DNA of 64,000 bases from an uncultured Chloroflexia bacterium (GTDB lineage: Bacteria; Chloroflexota; Limnocylindria; Limnocylindrales; CSP1-4). Under the pieces are notes generated by a model that did not search any database, was not told the DNA's origin, and saw nothing but the letters and a program-made list of their open reading frames with translations. The position numbers were made by a program, and so were the translations under genes. Of this stretch, positions 1-9,330 are shown in pieces. Location: positions 130,863-194,862 of the forward strand of contig CAVQNC010000007.1 in NCBI GenBank assembly GCA_963713795.1. Direction: 5' to 3'. The stretch's first letter is position 1, and each line of letters begins with the position of its first letter.

Positions 1-8
1 GCATCCTG

Positions 9-1139
9 ATGGTTTACGCGGCCTCGGCCATCCCGTCGTATGCGGCAAGCCAGAACACGTTCCAGCTCGTCGCGCCGCAGGTGCTGGCCGGCCTGCTCGG
101 TTTCGCGGCCATGGCGGTGCTGATGAACGTCGACTACCGCTATCTGCGAGTGGTCAGCGTGCCGCTGGCCGTCACGGCCCTGGTGCTGCTGGTGATCGTC
201 GTGGTGCCTCTGCCGGGGCCGCTTCGGAACCTGAGCGTCGCCCATAACGGCTCCACCCGCTGGATCCACCTGGGTCCGCTGCCGGACGTCTCCCCGGCCG
301 AGATCGCGAAGCTGGCCCTGGTGGTCTACCTGTCCCACTGGCTGGCGGCTCGTGGGCTGGGCATTCGGACCTTCTGGAGGGGGTCCGTCACCTTCGCCAT
401 CATCGTCGTGCCCTTCCTGCTCCTGGTCGGCAAGGAGCCGGACCTGGGCACCCTCGCGGTGCTGGTGCTGATCGCCTTCTCGCTCTACTTCGCCGCCGGC
501 GCGAAGCTTCTGCACGCCGTCCTGGCCGTGTTCGCCGGCGGCGCTGGCGGCGTCTTCCTGATGCTCGACATCGGCCACTACCCCGTCGATCGCATCTCGT
601 GCCTTCTCGATCCGTGGGCCCGTCCCCTGACCGCCTGCTACCAGACCGTCCAGGGCCTGCAGGCGCTGGGCACGGGAGGGATCTTCGGCGTAGGCCTGGG
701 CAACGACCGCATCGTCGTGCCCCAGGACGCCAACGACTTCATCTTCTCGGTCATTGCCCAGGAACTCGGCCTGGCCGGAAGCGCGCTCGTTATCGCGCTC
801 TTCATCGCCTTCGCCTACGCGGGCATCCGGACCGCCATTCGCGCTCCCGATACGTTCGGCGGGCTCATGGCCGCCGGAATCACGGCCTGGATATGCTTCC
901 AGGCGTTCATCAACATCGGAGTCGTGGTCCTGGTGGTCCCGGTCACCGGCATCACGCTTCCGTTCGTGTCGGCCGGAGGTTCCTCGCTGACGGTGAGCCT
1001 GGCCGCCATTGGAATCCTGCTGTCGATCTCTCGCGAAACCGTCGAACGAGGTTGGATCAGTGCGTCTGCTGATAGTGGGCGGGGGTACGGGGGGACATAT
1101 ATACCCGGCTCTCGCCGTCGCTCGGTCGCTGCAGGCTAG
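9..1139 (+). CDS. ftsW: Cell division / peptidoglycan polymerase FtsW (SEDS family), 5' end truncated by window edge
   Basis: Polytopic membrane protein throughout; conserved SEDS motifs (DFIFSVIAQELGL, GxxLPFVSAGGSS); located upstream of murG as in dcw clusters. Confidence 0.85.
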   Translation: MVYAASAIPSYAASQNTFQLVAPQVLAGLLGFAAMAVLMNVDYRYLRVVSVPLAVTALVLLVIVVVPLPGPLRNLSVAHNGSTRWIHLGPLPDVSPAEIAKLALVVYLSHWLAARGLGIRTFWRGSVTFAIIVVPFLLLVGKEPDLGTLAVLVLIAFSLYFAAGAKLLHAVLAVFAGGAGGVFLMLDIGHYPVDRISCLLDPWARPLTACYQTVQGLQALGTGGIFGVGLGNDRIVVPQDANDFIFSVIAQELGLAGSALVIALFIAFAYAGIRTAIRAPDTFGGLMAAGITAWICFQAFINIGVVVLVVPVTGITLPFVSAGGSSLTVSLAAIGILLSISRETVERGWISASADSGRGYGGTYIPGSRRRSVAAG

Positions 1140-2214
1140 ACCCGAAGCGGCTTCGATCGACTGGCTCGGAGGCCACCGCGGCCTCGAGGCGGAGGTGATT
1201 CCGGCGACCGGAATCCCCTTCCGCCGGCTGCTGGTGCGCTCGCTTCGGTCGGTCGAGATGGACGTCCACGTCGTCCTGGACCCGATCCGGCTTTCGCTCT
1301 CGGTCCCGCAGGCCGCCCTGATGCTGGCCCGGCGCCGCCCGTCCGCCATCTTCACGACCGGTGGCTACGTGGCCCTCCCGGTTCTGCTGGCGGCCGCGGC
1401 GTTGAGGATCCCGGTCGTGATGTGGGACGGGAACGTCGTCCCGGGTCGAAGCGTCCGCGTCACGACCAGACTGGCCGGCTGCCTGGCGGTCGCCTTCGAG
1501 GGCACGTGCCGCGCGCTCGCTCGAGGGCGGCGGCCGTGTTTCGTCACCGGGACGCCGATTCGCGACACCGGGCCGGTCGGCCGGGACGCCGCGCGAGGCG
1601 CCCTTGGGCTCGCGGCCGACGACAAGGTGATGCTGATCTTCGGCGGTTCCCAGGCGGTGCTTCGCTTCAACTCGGCCGTAGCCGGGGCCCTGCCCCGCCT
1701 CGTCGAGCGGGTGAGGGTGATCCACGTCACCGGCGATGCCGGATACGACGAGGCCGTCGCCGGTCGCGAGGCGTTGCCGGTCGGGCTGCGCGATCGATAT
1801 CGACCGGAACGCTTCCTCGGCGACGAGATGACGCTCGCTCTCGCCGCGGCCGACGTGGTCGTCGGCCGGGCCGGTTCCTCGACCCTGGCCGAGGTGGCGG
1901 CCTTCGGCCTGCCGATGGTCGTGGTCCCGTACCCGCACGCGGCCGGCCACCAGCGTCGCAACGCCGAGGAGATGGTCCGGTCCGGCGCGGCTCGCCTGGT
2001 CGACGATGGGGACTTCGACGCGGAGGCGCTGCTGGCCGCCGCCGCGATCCTCGACGATCGCGCAGAGGGCGCCGCGATGGCGGCCGCGGCTCGATCCCTG
2101 GCCCGGCCCGGCGCCGCCGGCGCGGTGGCCGAGCTGGTCGTGGCAGCCGCGGAAAGGCGGGCCTTCCCGGACGCGACCCGGATCGAAGCCCTCTCGAGGG
2201 GAGCGGCGGAGTGA
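1057..2214 (+). CDS. murG: UDP-GlcNAc:undecaprenyl-PP-MurNAc-pentapeptide GlcNAc transferase MurG
   Basis: N-terminal LLIVGGGTGGHIYPALAVA signature, GT28 C-terminal domain; start chosen at GTG (VRLLIVGGG) rather than the ORF-track ATG at 1009; overlaps ftsW 3' end by ~80 nt. Confidence 0.8.
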   Translation, partial: SVRLLIVGGGTGGHIYPALAVARSLQARPEAASIDWLGGHRGLEAEVIPATGIPFRRLLVRSLRSVEMDVHVVLDPIRLSLSVPQAALMLARRRPSAIFTTGGYVALPVLLAAAALRIPVVMWDGNVVPGRSVRVTTRLAGCLAVAFEGTCRALARGRRPCFVTGTPIRDTGPVGRDAARGALGLAADDKVMLIFGGSQAVLRFNSAVAGALPRLVERVRVIHVTGDAGYDEAVAGREALPVGLRDRYRPERFLGDEMTLALAAADVVVGRAGSSTLAEVAAFGLPMVVVPYPHAAGHQRRNAEEMVRSGAARLVDDGDFDAEALLAAAAILDDRAEGAAMAAAARSLARPGAAGAVAELVVAAAERRAFPDATRIEALSRGAAE

Positions 2215-2379
2215 CTCGACCGGCGGCCGGGTCCGCGCCGTCGAACCCGCCGGACAGCTCGGCGCCGCGCTCCACGCTCAACGCGGCCAGCCGGCCAGGT
2301 CTCCGACCCGGGGAGCCGCCGCGCCGCCGACCTGCTCGCCGAACTCGCCCGCCCGGCCGGGATCCGGATACGCCGGGAC

Positions 2380-3243
2380 GTGCCCCTGGCCGGGTACACC
2401 ACCATGCGTGTCGGCGGCCCTGCCGATCTGCTGGCGGTCGCGGGGGACGTGCCGGGGCTGGTCGCCCTGGTCCAGGGCGCCCGCGCCGCCGGGGTCCCGT
2501 TCTTCCTGCTCGGTCGAGGCAGCGACGTGGTCGTCGCCGACGCGGGCATCCGCGGCCTGGTCGTCATCTCGAGGGCCGAGGGCTGGCGCATCGAGGCCGA
2601 CAGGCTGATCGCCGAGGCCGGCCTGCCGCTGGCGCGCGCCGCGACGCTGACCCAGCGGGCCGGCCTGTCCGGCCTGGAGTTCGGGCTGGCCGTTCCGGGC
2701 ACTGTGGGCGGGGCGGTCTGGGCCAACGCCGGCGCCCACGGCGCGGAGGTCGCAGGCGTCATCGAGTCGGTCGCCATCCTGGGACCGGACGGTGCCGTCG
2801 CGACCGAACCGGCGGCGGCGCTGCGGCTGGCGTACAGGGACAGCCGCTTCAAGCGGTCGTCCGGAGACCTGATCCTGGCGGCCACCTTCCGACTGACCCC
2901 CGCCGACCCGGTCGCGATCAAGGCCAGGCTGGACGAGATCCGGCGCTGGCGCAGGGAGCACCAACCGCTGTCCAAGGCCAGCGCCGGCAGCGTCTTCCGC
3001 AACCCGCCGGGCGATTCGGCCGGCCGGCTGATCGACGCGTGCGGCCTGCGCGGCGCCCGTATCGGCGGCGCCGCGATCAGCCCCAAGCACGCCAATTTCA
3101 TCGTGAACGAGGGCGGCGCCACCGCTTCCGAGATCCGCCGTCTGGCCGAGCTCGCGCGGAGCTCCGTCGCGGCCGCGTTCGGCGTGGAGCTGGCCTATGA
3201 AGTCCAGTTCGTCGGCGACTGGTCCGGCTGGGTCGAGGAGTGA
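2380..3243 (+). CDS. murB: UDP-N-acetylenolpyruvoylglucosamine reductase MurB
   Basis: PLAGYTTMRVGGPADLL FAD-binding N-terminus, GRGSDVVV, C-terminal MurB domain; only in-frame start after murG stop is GTG 2380 (short N-terminus; a non-canonical upstream start cannot be excluded). Confidence 0.8.
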   Translation: MPLAGYTTMRVGGPADLLAVAGDVPGLVALVQGARAAGVPFFLLGRGSDVVVADAGIRGLVVISRAEGWRIEADRLIAEAGLPLARAATLTQRAGLSGLEFGLAVPGTVGGAVWANAGAHGAEVAGVIESVAILGPDGAVATEPAAALRLAYRDSRFKRSSGDLILAATFRLTPADPVAIKARLDEIRRWRREHQPLSKASAGSVFRNPPGDSAGRLIDACGLRGARIGGAAISPKHANFIVNEGGATASEIRRLAELARSSVAAAFGVELAYEVQFVGDWSGWVEE

Positions 3244-3250
3244 AATCTGC

Positions 3251-4384
3251 ATGAACGGCCGCCTTCCACCTCGCCGGTCAGTGGCGCACGCCCGGCGGCT
3301 GCGGGCCAGGCGCAGCGGGCCGCGCCTGCGCTCGGTCCAGTTGCTCGCCGGCTGTCTCATGGCCGTCTGCCTCGCCGGCATGTTCGCCGTCGCCATCGCG
3401 CCCTCCTTCGCGGCCCGGACGCTCGAGATACACGGGGCCACCTTCACGGGTCAGTCGATCATCCGCTCCGTCCTGGGGGTGGAGGGCACGCCCAACATCT
3501 TCCGCATCGATACGGACCGGGCCGCCGCGACCCTGGTCCGGCTCCCCGCCGTCGAGTCGGCCAGCGTCGAGGTCCGCCTGCCGTCTACGGTGGTGGTGGA
3601 CATCGTCGAGCGCGAGCCCAGGATCGTGTGGGTGATCGGCGGCAATCGCTACGTGGCCGATGAGGACGGCCTTCTCTTCGGCCTGGTGGATTCGGCCGGC
3701 AATCCCATCCCGTCGAACGCGGGCCCGATCGCTGCCGCTACGGCGTCCGCGGTCCCGAGTTCAGCGGCCTCCGGTTCGGCCTCCGGGGCCCCCACGCCGA
3801 CTCCCACGCCGACGCCGAAGCCGACGCCGAAGAAGCCCGAGACAACGGCCACGCCGGCGAGGCCCGGCACCAAAGGCAGCCCGATCCCTTCGCCCACGGC
3901 CGGAGTCTCACCGGCACCGACGTTGAACGCCTCTCTGATTCCGTCGCTCGCGCCCGCCCCCACGCCCGATCCCGCCGCGATAGCCCGCCCGGGCGCCGTG
4001 TCGTTGCCGGTGGTCTTCGACCGCAGTTCGGCCGACGCCGGGCTCGGCCTGGGCGGCGTCGTCGACCCGGTCGATCTCGACGCCGGCTACCGGCTGGCGG
4101 GGTTGACGCCCGCCGATGTCGGCAGCTCGAGCCGGGCGCTGGCCGTCGTCCTCGACGACGTTCACGGCTTCACCCTGAGCTCCGTACCGCCGGGCTGGGT
4201 GGCGGAGTTCGGCTTCTACACGCCGGCGGTCCCCACGCCGCCGATCCGCCCGGACACGATCATCCCGGACCAGGTTCGAACGCTGCGCTCGCTGTTCGCC
4301 TACTACGGCGAGGCTCATGTGGCCTGGGTCCGGCTGGTCGGGGACGTCTCGCAGAACCATGTGAACACCTACTACCCCCGCTGA
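3251..4384 (+). CDS. ftsQ: Cell division protein FtsQ/DivIB (TM + POTRA) with ~100-aa Pro/Thr/Ala-rich low-complexity insert
   Basis: Single TM helix after Arg-rich N-terminus, POTRA-like segment (TFTGQSIIRSVLGVEGTPNIFRIDTDRAAATLVRLPAVESASVEV), position between murB and ftsA; ATG 3251 immediately after murB stop. Confidence 0.7.
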   Translation: MNGRLPPRRSVAHARRLRARRSGPRLRSVQLLAGCLMAVCLAGMFAVAIAPSFAARTLEIHGATFTGQSIIRSVLGVEGTPNIFRIDTDRAAATLVRLPAVESASVEVRLPSTVVVDIVEREPRIVWVIGGNRYVADEDGLLFGLVDSAGNPIPSNAGPIAAATASAVPSSAASGSASGAPTPTPTPTPKPTPKKPETTATPARPGTKGSPIPSPTAGVSPAPTLNASLIPSLAPAPTPDPAAIARPGAVSLPVVFDRSSADAGLGLGGVVDPVDLDAGYRLAGLTPADVGSSSRALAVVLDDVHGFTLSSVPPGWVAEFGFYTPAVPTPPIRPDTIIPDQVRTLRSLFAYYGEAHVAWVRLVGDVSQNHVNTYYPR

Positions 4385-4526
4385 AAGGCGGGCGGCGGGC
4401 CCGGGTTGCCCGCTCTCCCCCGGGTCGGTTAGCCTTCACGGGGAAAGCGGGTTCGACAATGGCGCCGGGGGCCGGTCCAACCAGACAACGCCTCGCGATC
4501 GAGGCCAGCACCGAGGACGGGAGCCA

Positions 4527-5759
4527 GTGGAACGCGAAGCAGTGCTCGTCGGAATCGATGTCGGCACGAGCAAGGTCTGCGCTCTGATAGGCGAGGTTGC
4601 GGGCGACGGCAGCCTGACCATCGTGGGCAAGGGCGTCGTGCCGGCGAGCGGTCTGAAGAAGGCCGTCGTGGTGAACATCGACCAGACAGTCCGTTCGATC
4701 TCCGGCGCGGTCGATCAGGCGGAGCGCATGTCCGGCTACCAGATCGACCGGGCCTTCGTGGGCGTCGGCGGCCAGCACATGGAGAGCCAGAACTCACGAG
4801 GCACCGTGCTCGTCAGCGGCCACCACCGCGAGGTCACCGGCGAGGATGTGGAGCGGGCCATGGAAGTGGCTCGAGCCGGCACGGTTCCCGCCGGGCGCGA
4901 GGTCCTGCACGTCCTGCCTCGAGGTTTCATCATCGACGGCCTCGAAGGCGTCAAGGATCCGCTCGGCATGAGCGCCGTCCGCCTGGAGATCGAGACCCAC
5001 ATGGTCACCGCCGCGGCCACCGCCGTCCGCAACCTGGCCAAGTGCGTCCAGGCCGCCAACGTCAAGATCGACGAGCTCGTGGCCGCCTCGCTAGCCTCGG
5101 CGGAGTCGGTCCTCTCCGACACGGAGAAGGACCTCGGCGTGGCAGTGGCGGATATCGGCGCCGGCACGATCGACCTGGCTCTCTTCCTGGACGGTTCGCC
5201 GTTCAAGACCTCGGTCCTGCCGGTCGGCGGCAACAACGTGACGAACGACGTTGCAATCGGCCTCAAGACCAGCCTGCAGGCGGCCGAAGAGCTGAAGATC
5301 CAGCACGGCAGCTGCGACCTGTCGACCGTCGCCGAGGACGACGCCATCAGCATCTCCGTCCTCGGGGAGGCGGCCGGCCGCACCATCAGCCGCGTCGAAC
5401 TGTGCGGCATCATTGAGGCCCGAATGCGGGAGATCTTCGAGATGCTCGGCACGGAGATCAAGGCTTCCGGTGAAGGAATGCTGCCGGCAGGCGTCGTGCT
5501 GACCGGCGGGGCGGCGCAGCTGGCCGGGACCGCGGCCCTCGGCCGCGAGGTGCTGAACATGCCGGTCCGCGTGGCCGGGCCCGCGGGCGTCGGCGGGTTG
5601 ACCGACAACATCCTGAATCCGGCCTACAGCACCGCGATCGGCCTGCTCTACTGGGGCGCGAGAGGCCTCGAGGCCGCCGATCGGGGACCATATCCCCCGG
5701 CTCCGGCGGGTGGTCTGCTGTCGCGCGTCCGCGGCGGCTTCCGCAACCTCTTCCCATAG
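4527..5759 (+). CDS. ftsA: Cell division protein FtsA (actin-like ATPase)
   Basis: VGIDVGTSKVCALIGEV N-terminus, full-length actin/HSP70 fold pattern, precedes ftsZ. Confidence 0.9.
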   Translation: MEREAVLVGIDVGTSKVCALIGEVAGDGSLTIVGKGVVPASGLKKAVVVNIDQTVRSISGAVDQAERMSGYQIDRAFVGVGGQHMESQNSRGTVLVSGHHREVTGEDVERAMEVARAGTVPAGREVLHVLPRGFIIDGLEGVKDPLGMSAVRLEIETHMVTAAATAVRNLAKCVQAANVKIDELVAASLASAESVLSDTEKDLGVAVADIGAGTIDLALFLDGSPFKTSVLPVGGNNVTNDVAIGLKTSLQAAEELKIQHGSCDLSTVAEDDAISISVLGEAAGRTISRVELCGIIEARMREIFEMLGTEIKASGEGMLPAGVVLTGGAAQLAGTAALGREVLNMPVRVAGPAGVGGLTDNILNPAYSTAIGLLYWGARGLEAADRGPYPPAPAGGLLSRVRGGFRNLFP

Positions 5760-5803
5760 GTGAAAAGCCCCCGCCGGTGAGTTGCCCGGCGCGGACCGAG
5801 GCG

Positions 5804-6208
5804 ATGAAGAGCATCGAACTGACCATACACACCGCCGGGCGCCGCGGCCTCTTCGACCTGACCCGGGCCTGTGAGGGATTCGTGGCCGGCGAGGGCGACG
5901 GTCTGCTCAACGTGTTCGTGGCGCATGCGACGGCCGGCCTCGTCGTGGTGGAGCTGGGCGCCGGTTCCGACGCGGACCTGATGGCGGCGCTGGACCGGCT
6001 CCTGCCGCGCGACGATCGCTGGGTCCATCGCCACGGCTCGACGGGCCACGGGGCCGATCACCTGGTCCCGATGCTGGCTCCGCCGTCGCTGACCGTCCCG
6101 GTCGTAGGCGGTCGCCTCACGCTCGGCGCATGGCAGTCGATCGCGCTCCTCGACCCGAACCGGGATAATCCGAGCCGAACTGTCAGGCTGGCTTTCCTGC
6201 CCGGCTGA
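5804..6208 (+). CDS. yjbQ: YjbQ/UPF0047 family protein (secondary thiamine-phosphate synthase-like)
   Basis: Full-length match by memory to UPF0047 ([17 protein letters not shown]...[12 protein letters not shown]...[13 protein letters not shown]...[15 protein letters not shown]); start at ATG MKSIELT. Confidence 0.7.
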   Translation: MKSIELTIHTAGRRGLFDLTRACEGFVAGEGDGLLNVFVAHATAGLVVVELGAGSDADLMAALDRLLPRDDRWVHRHGSTGHGADHLVPMLAPPSLTVPVVGGRLTLGAWQSIALLDPNRDNPSRTVRLAFLPG

Positions 6209-6459
6209 CTGCCGTCCTCCACACGGCCCACCGGATTGCCGGTCGATTCGCCCGATCTGCCCTGGAAGTTCGAACTGACGTTCGATCGTCCTTCGTGAGG
6301 AGGCCGTTTCAGCGTGCGGTTACGGGCCCACCAATCCTCACGGAGGCGTATACTGCGTGGCATCCGAGCCAGCCCCGTCGCGCGCAAGTGCTCTACCAGT
6401 CCCGGGGGGGCCGGACCGAAACGACAATATCTGCCGGACACCTACCCGGAGGATCAGGA

Positions 6460-7731
6460 ATGCCGCTGCGGTCCGATTCCGAGAACTTCGCGCTTATCCG
6501 TGTGATCGGCGTAGGAGGCGGCGGCAGCAACGCCGTCAACCGCATGATCCGGGCCGAGATGATGGGGGTCGAGTTCATCGCCTGCAACACAGACGCGCAG
6601 GCCCTCCTCCAGTCGGACGCCCCCCACAAGATCCGCATCGGCGACAAGATCACGCGCGGTCTGGGCGCCGGCGGCGACGCGTCGATCGGCCAGAGGGCGG
6701 CCGAAGAGGACTCCGAGAAGATCGCCGACGCCCTGCGCGATTCCGACATGGTCTTCATAACCGCCGGGCTCGGGGGCGGAACCGGCTCCGGCGCGGCGCC
6801 GATCGTCGCCGAGATCGCCAAGGATCTCGGGGCGCTCACCATCGGCGTCGTCACCAAGCCGTTCTCGTTCGAGGGCTCCCGCCGCAAGATGGTCGCCGAG
6901 ATGGCCGCGGAGGAGCTCCGGGCCAAGGTGGACACGCTCATCACCATCCCCAACGACCGCCTGCGGGACGTCGTCCAGAAGAACACGTCGATGGTCGAGG
7001 CATTCCGCTTCGTCGACGACGTGTTGCGCCAGGGCGTGCAGGGGATCAGCGACATCATCACCGTTCCGGGCCTGATCAACCTCGACTTCGCGGACGTCCG
7101 CGCGGTCATGAGGGACGCCGGCTCGGCCCTCATGGGCATCGGCAAGGCGGGCGGCGACAACCGCGCCATCGATGCCACCCGCCAGGCGATCGCCAGCCCG
7201 CTCCTCGAGATCAACATCAACGGGGCCCAGGGGATCCTGTTCAACATCAGCGGATCCTCGAACCTCAGCCTCTTCGAGGTAACCGAGGCCGCCGAGGAGA
7301 TCCGGTCGGTCGCGGACCCGGAAGCGAACATCATCTTCGGAACCAGCTTCGACGAACGCCTCGGGGACGAGGTCATGATCACCGTCATCGCCACGGGCTT
7401 CGATCCGAGCCGCAAGCGCGAGCCTCAACGAAGCGAGCCTCGAACCCAGGTGCCCGTTCCGGTTTCGGTCTCTCGCGACGGGCGCGACTTCCAGCGCGAG
7501 CTGGACGAGCAGATCCTGCGGACGTCGGACTCCAGCGGGTCTCGGGTTCGCTCGGCCGTGACCTACGGCTACAACGGGGCCATCGAGCGCCAGCCCGCTC
7601 CGGACCCGGTCCGGCCCGCCCCGCCCCGCCGCCCCCTGCCGGACCGCCTGCCCACCAGGTCGCCTTACGACGACACGGACCTGGAGATCCCGAGCTTCCT
7701 CCGCCGGGCCTCGCAGGAGGAGAAGGGGTAA
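6460..7731 (+). CDS. ftsZ: Cell division GTPase FtsZ
   Basis: [13 protein letters not shown] tubulin signature, [11 protein letters not shown]-terminal [10 protein letters not shown] peptide; start [18 protein letters not shown] preceded by GGAGGA RBS. Confidence 0.9.
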   Translation: MPLRSDSENFALIRVIGVGGGGSNAVNRMIRAEMMGVEFIACNTDAQALLQSDAPHKIRIGDKITRGLGAGGDASIGQRAAEEDSEKIADALRDSDMVFITAGLGGGTGSGAAPIVAEIAKDLGALTIGVVTKPFSFEGSRRKMVAEMAAEELRAKVDTLITIPNDRLRDVVQKNTSMVEAFRFVDDVLRQGVQGISDIITVPGLINLDFADVRAVMRDAGSALMGIGKAGGDNRAIDATRQAIASPLLEININGAQGILFNISGSSNLSLFEVTEAAEEIRSVADPEANIIFGTSFDERLGDEVMITVIATGFDPSRKREPQRSEPRTQVPVPVSVSRDGRDFQRELDEQILRTSDSSGSRVRSAVTYGYNGAIERQPAPDPVRPAPPRRPLPDRLPTRSPYDDTDLEIPSFLRRASQEEKG

Positions 7732-7743
7732 CCCTTCGCGGCT

Positions 7744-8478
7744 TTGGGCTCGACCATCGATGCGGGTACGGTCGACGGCTTCCGCGGCGCCCGTGCTCGT
7801 GTGCTCGCGGAGGTCGCCGGCGCCTGCCGGCGCGCGGGGCGAGATCCGCTCGACGTCACTCTCGTGGCCGTTTCCAAGACCGTGGAGGCCGCCCGGCTGC
7901 AGGACGCCGTCGAGGCCGGCCTGACCACCCTGGGTGAGAACCGGGTCCAGGAAGCCGAATCGAAGGTGCCCCTCCTGCCGGGTGTGCGCTGGCACCTGAT
8001 CGGCCCGCTGCAGTCGAACAAGGCCCGCCGGGCGATCGAGCTGTTCGACGTCATCGAATCGGTCGATTCGGCCGACCTGGCCCGCCGGCTGGACAGGATC
8101 GCCGGCGAGGCCGGGCGTTCGCCGCTCGGCGTCTACCTGCAGGTGAACGTCGACCGCGACGAAGCAAAGGCGGGATTCCAGCCGGAAACGCTCGAGTCGG
8201 AGATCCCTGCTCTGGCCGGACTTTCGAACCTGCGACTGCTCGGGCTGATGACGGTCGGAAGGCTGGTCGGCCGGCCCGAGGAGGCGCGGCCAACTTTCGC
8301 CCGTCTGCGCGAACTTTCGCAGCGGCTGCGCGGTCGGGCAGGGGAGCTGGGCCCCGGCCTGTCGATGGGGATGACGGACGACTATGCCGTGGCGGTGGAG
8401 GAGGGAGCGACGGTCATTCGCGTCGGAAGAGCGCTCTTCGGCGAGCGACGGCGGGGCGGCGAAGCCGGGCCGGCCTAG
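7744..8478 (+). CDS. yggS: YggS/PLPBP family pyridoxal-phosphate homeostasis protein
   Basis: TLVAVSKT (PLP lysine), alanine-racemase-N-like TIM barrel pattern, canonical position after ftsZ. Confidence 0.8.
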   Translation: MGSTIDAGTVDGFRGARARVLAEVAGACRRAGRDPLDVTLVAVSKTVEAARLQDAVEAGLTTLGENRVQEAESKVPLLPGVRWHLIGPLQSNKARRAIELFDVIESVDSADLARRLDRIAGEAGRSPLGVYLQVNVDRDEAKAGFQPETLESEIPALAGLSNLRLLGLMTVGRLVGRPEEARPTFARLRELSQRLRGRAGELGPGLSMGMTDDYAVAVEEGATVIRVGRALFGERRRGGEAGPA

Positions 8479-8669
8479 GATCTGGAGCGGGGCGCCGCAT
8501 CGCGGCGCGATCGTCGGGGCAGGATCGGCCGCGGGGCGCGGGTGCGGGCCGGCCATCCCAGCCCCCGAGTCTTGGGCCGCTGATCCCGCCGCCGCCCCCC
8601 GGGCCACAGGATGCTCCGGCCGGCCTCGCGGACGGCGGCCCGCGGAGCCGACGCCATAATCGACAAGGA

Positions 8670-8978
8670 ATGGACTCAGATCGCTGGATCGACCGCTCGC
8701 ACTCCGCCGCGCGATTCGCCGTGCGGCTCATGCCGCGCGGGGGCTCGGATCGAGTGGACGGCGTATCGCCGGAGGGAGTCCTGCAGGCCCGGGTTTCGGC
8801 GCCGGCGGTCGCCGGCGCGGCCAACGCGGCTCTGCTCCGCCTTCTGGCCGACGAACTCGACGTTTCCCGCACCTCCGTGCGGCTGGTCGCGGGCGCCACG
8901 GGTCGGCACAAGCTGGTCGCCGTCGACGGCATCTCCCCACAGGACGTCGCCGCTCGGTGGCCGGGCATCAAGGTCTAG
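8670..8978 (+). CDS. DUF167/YggU family protein
   Basis: ~100 aa, pattern ...RFAVRLMPRGGSDRVDGV...LLRLLADELDVSRTSVRLVAGATGRHKLVAVDG matches UPF0235 architecture; often paired with yggS. Confidence 0.6.
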   Translation: MDSDRWIDRSHSAARFAVRLMPRGGSDRVDGVSPEGVLQARVSAPAVAGAANAALLRLLADELDVSRTSVRLVAGATGRHKLVAVDGISPQDVAARWPGIKV

Positions 8979-9077
8979 GCCGAGCGCGGGTCTCGCGGCG
9001 AGTCCCGCTCGGCGGGTGGCCGGGAGGTCGGGGCCTGCCGAGATCGCGATTCCTTCCGGTGTCGCGCGGCGGGCCGC

Positions 9078-9083
9078 TATAAT
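9078..9083 (+). promoter_or_regulatory. Candidate -10 hexamer TATAAT for tRNA-Val, ~33 nt upstream of mature 5' end
   Basis: Perfect TATAAT embedded in >70% GC DNA directly upstream of a tRNA; -35 region weak (TTCCGG, 18-nt spacer). Confidence 0.35.
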
Positions 9084-9115
9084 GCGGCCTCCGGTGCTTC
9101 GAACGCCGGTCTCGT

Positions 9116-9192
9116 GGGCGATTAGCTCAGCTGGTTAGAGCGCGCGGTTCACATCCGCGAGGTCACTGGTTCGAGTCCAGTATCGCCCACCA
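9116..9192 (+). tRNA. tRNA-Val (anticodon CAC), CCA encoded
   Basis: Cloverleaf readable by eye: acceptor GGGCGAT/ATCGCCC, D-arm GCTC/GAGC, anticodon stem CGCGG/CCGCG with loop TTCACAT, T-arm ACTGG-TTCGAGT-CCAGT, discriminator A + CCA. Confidence 0.85.
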
Positions 9193-9330
9193 GATTGCCC
9201 AGTATGCGAACCTCGGGGGCCGCTGCGGGCCGCCCTGGGGCCCGGCCGGGCCCTGGTCGCCGCCCCGGGCGTGACTGCCCGTAGCTCGGAGTTTTCGGCT
9301 CCGACACAGACGCTGCGCCGGCCCGGGCCG

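Noticed and set aside
1365-3122. Long antisense or alternative-frame ORFs (also 6454-8607, 19389-21755, 32770-34260, 37926-39974, 44559-46355, 1422-3200 and similar), 500-890 aa each
   Set aside because: They overlap well-supported genes on the other strand or frame. They have extreme Arg/Gly/Pro/Ala composition with no recognisable motifs. This is the expected artefact of open alternate frames in ~70% GC DNA.
9000-9330. Genomic island or integrase next to tRNA-Val
   Set aside because: No integrase, transposase or direct repeat of the tRNA 3' end was found. The tRNA is flanked by housekeeping (yggS/DUF167) and signalling genes.
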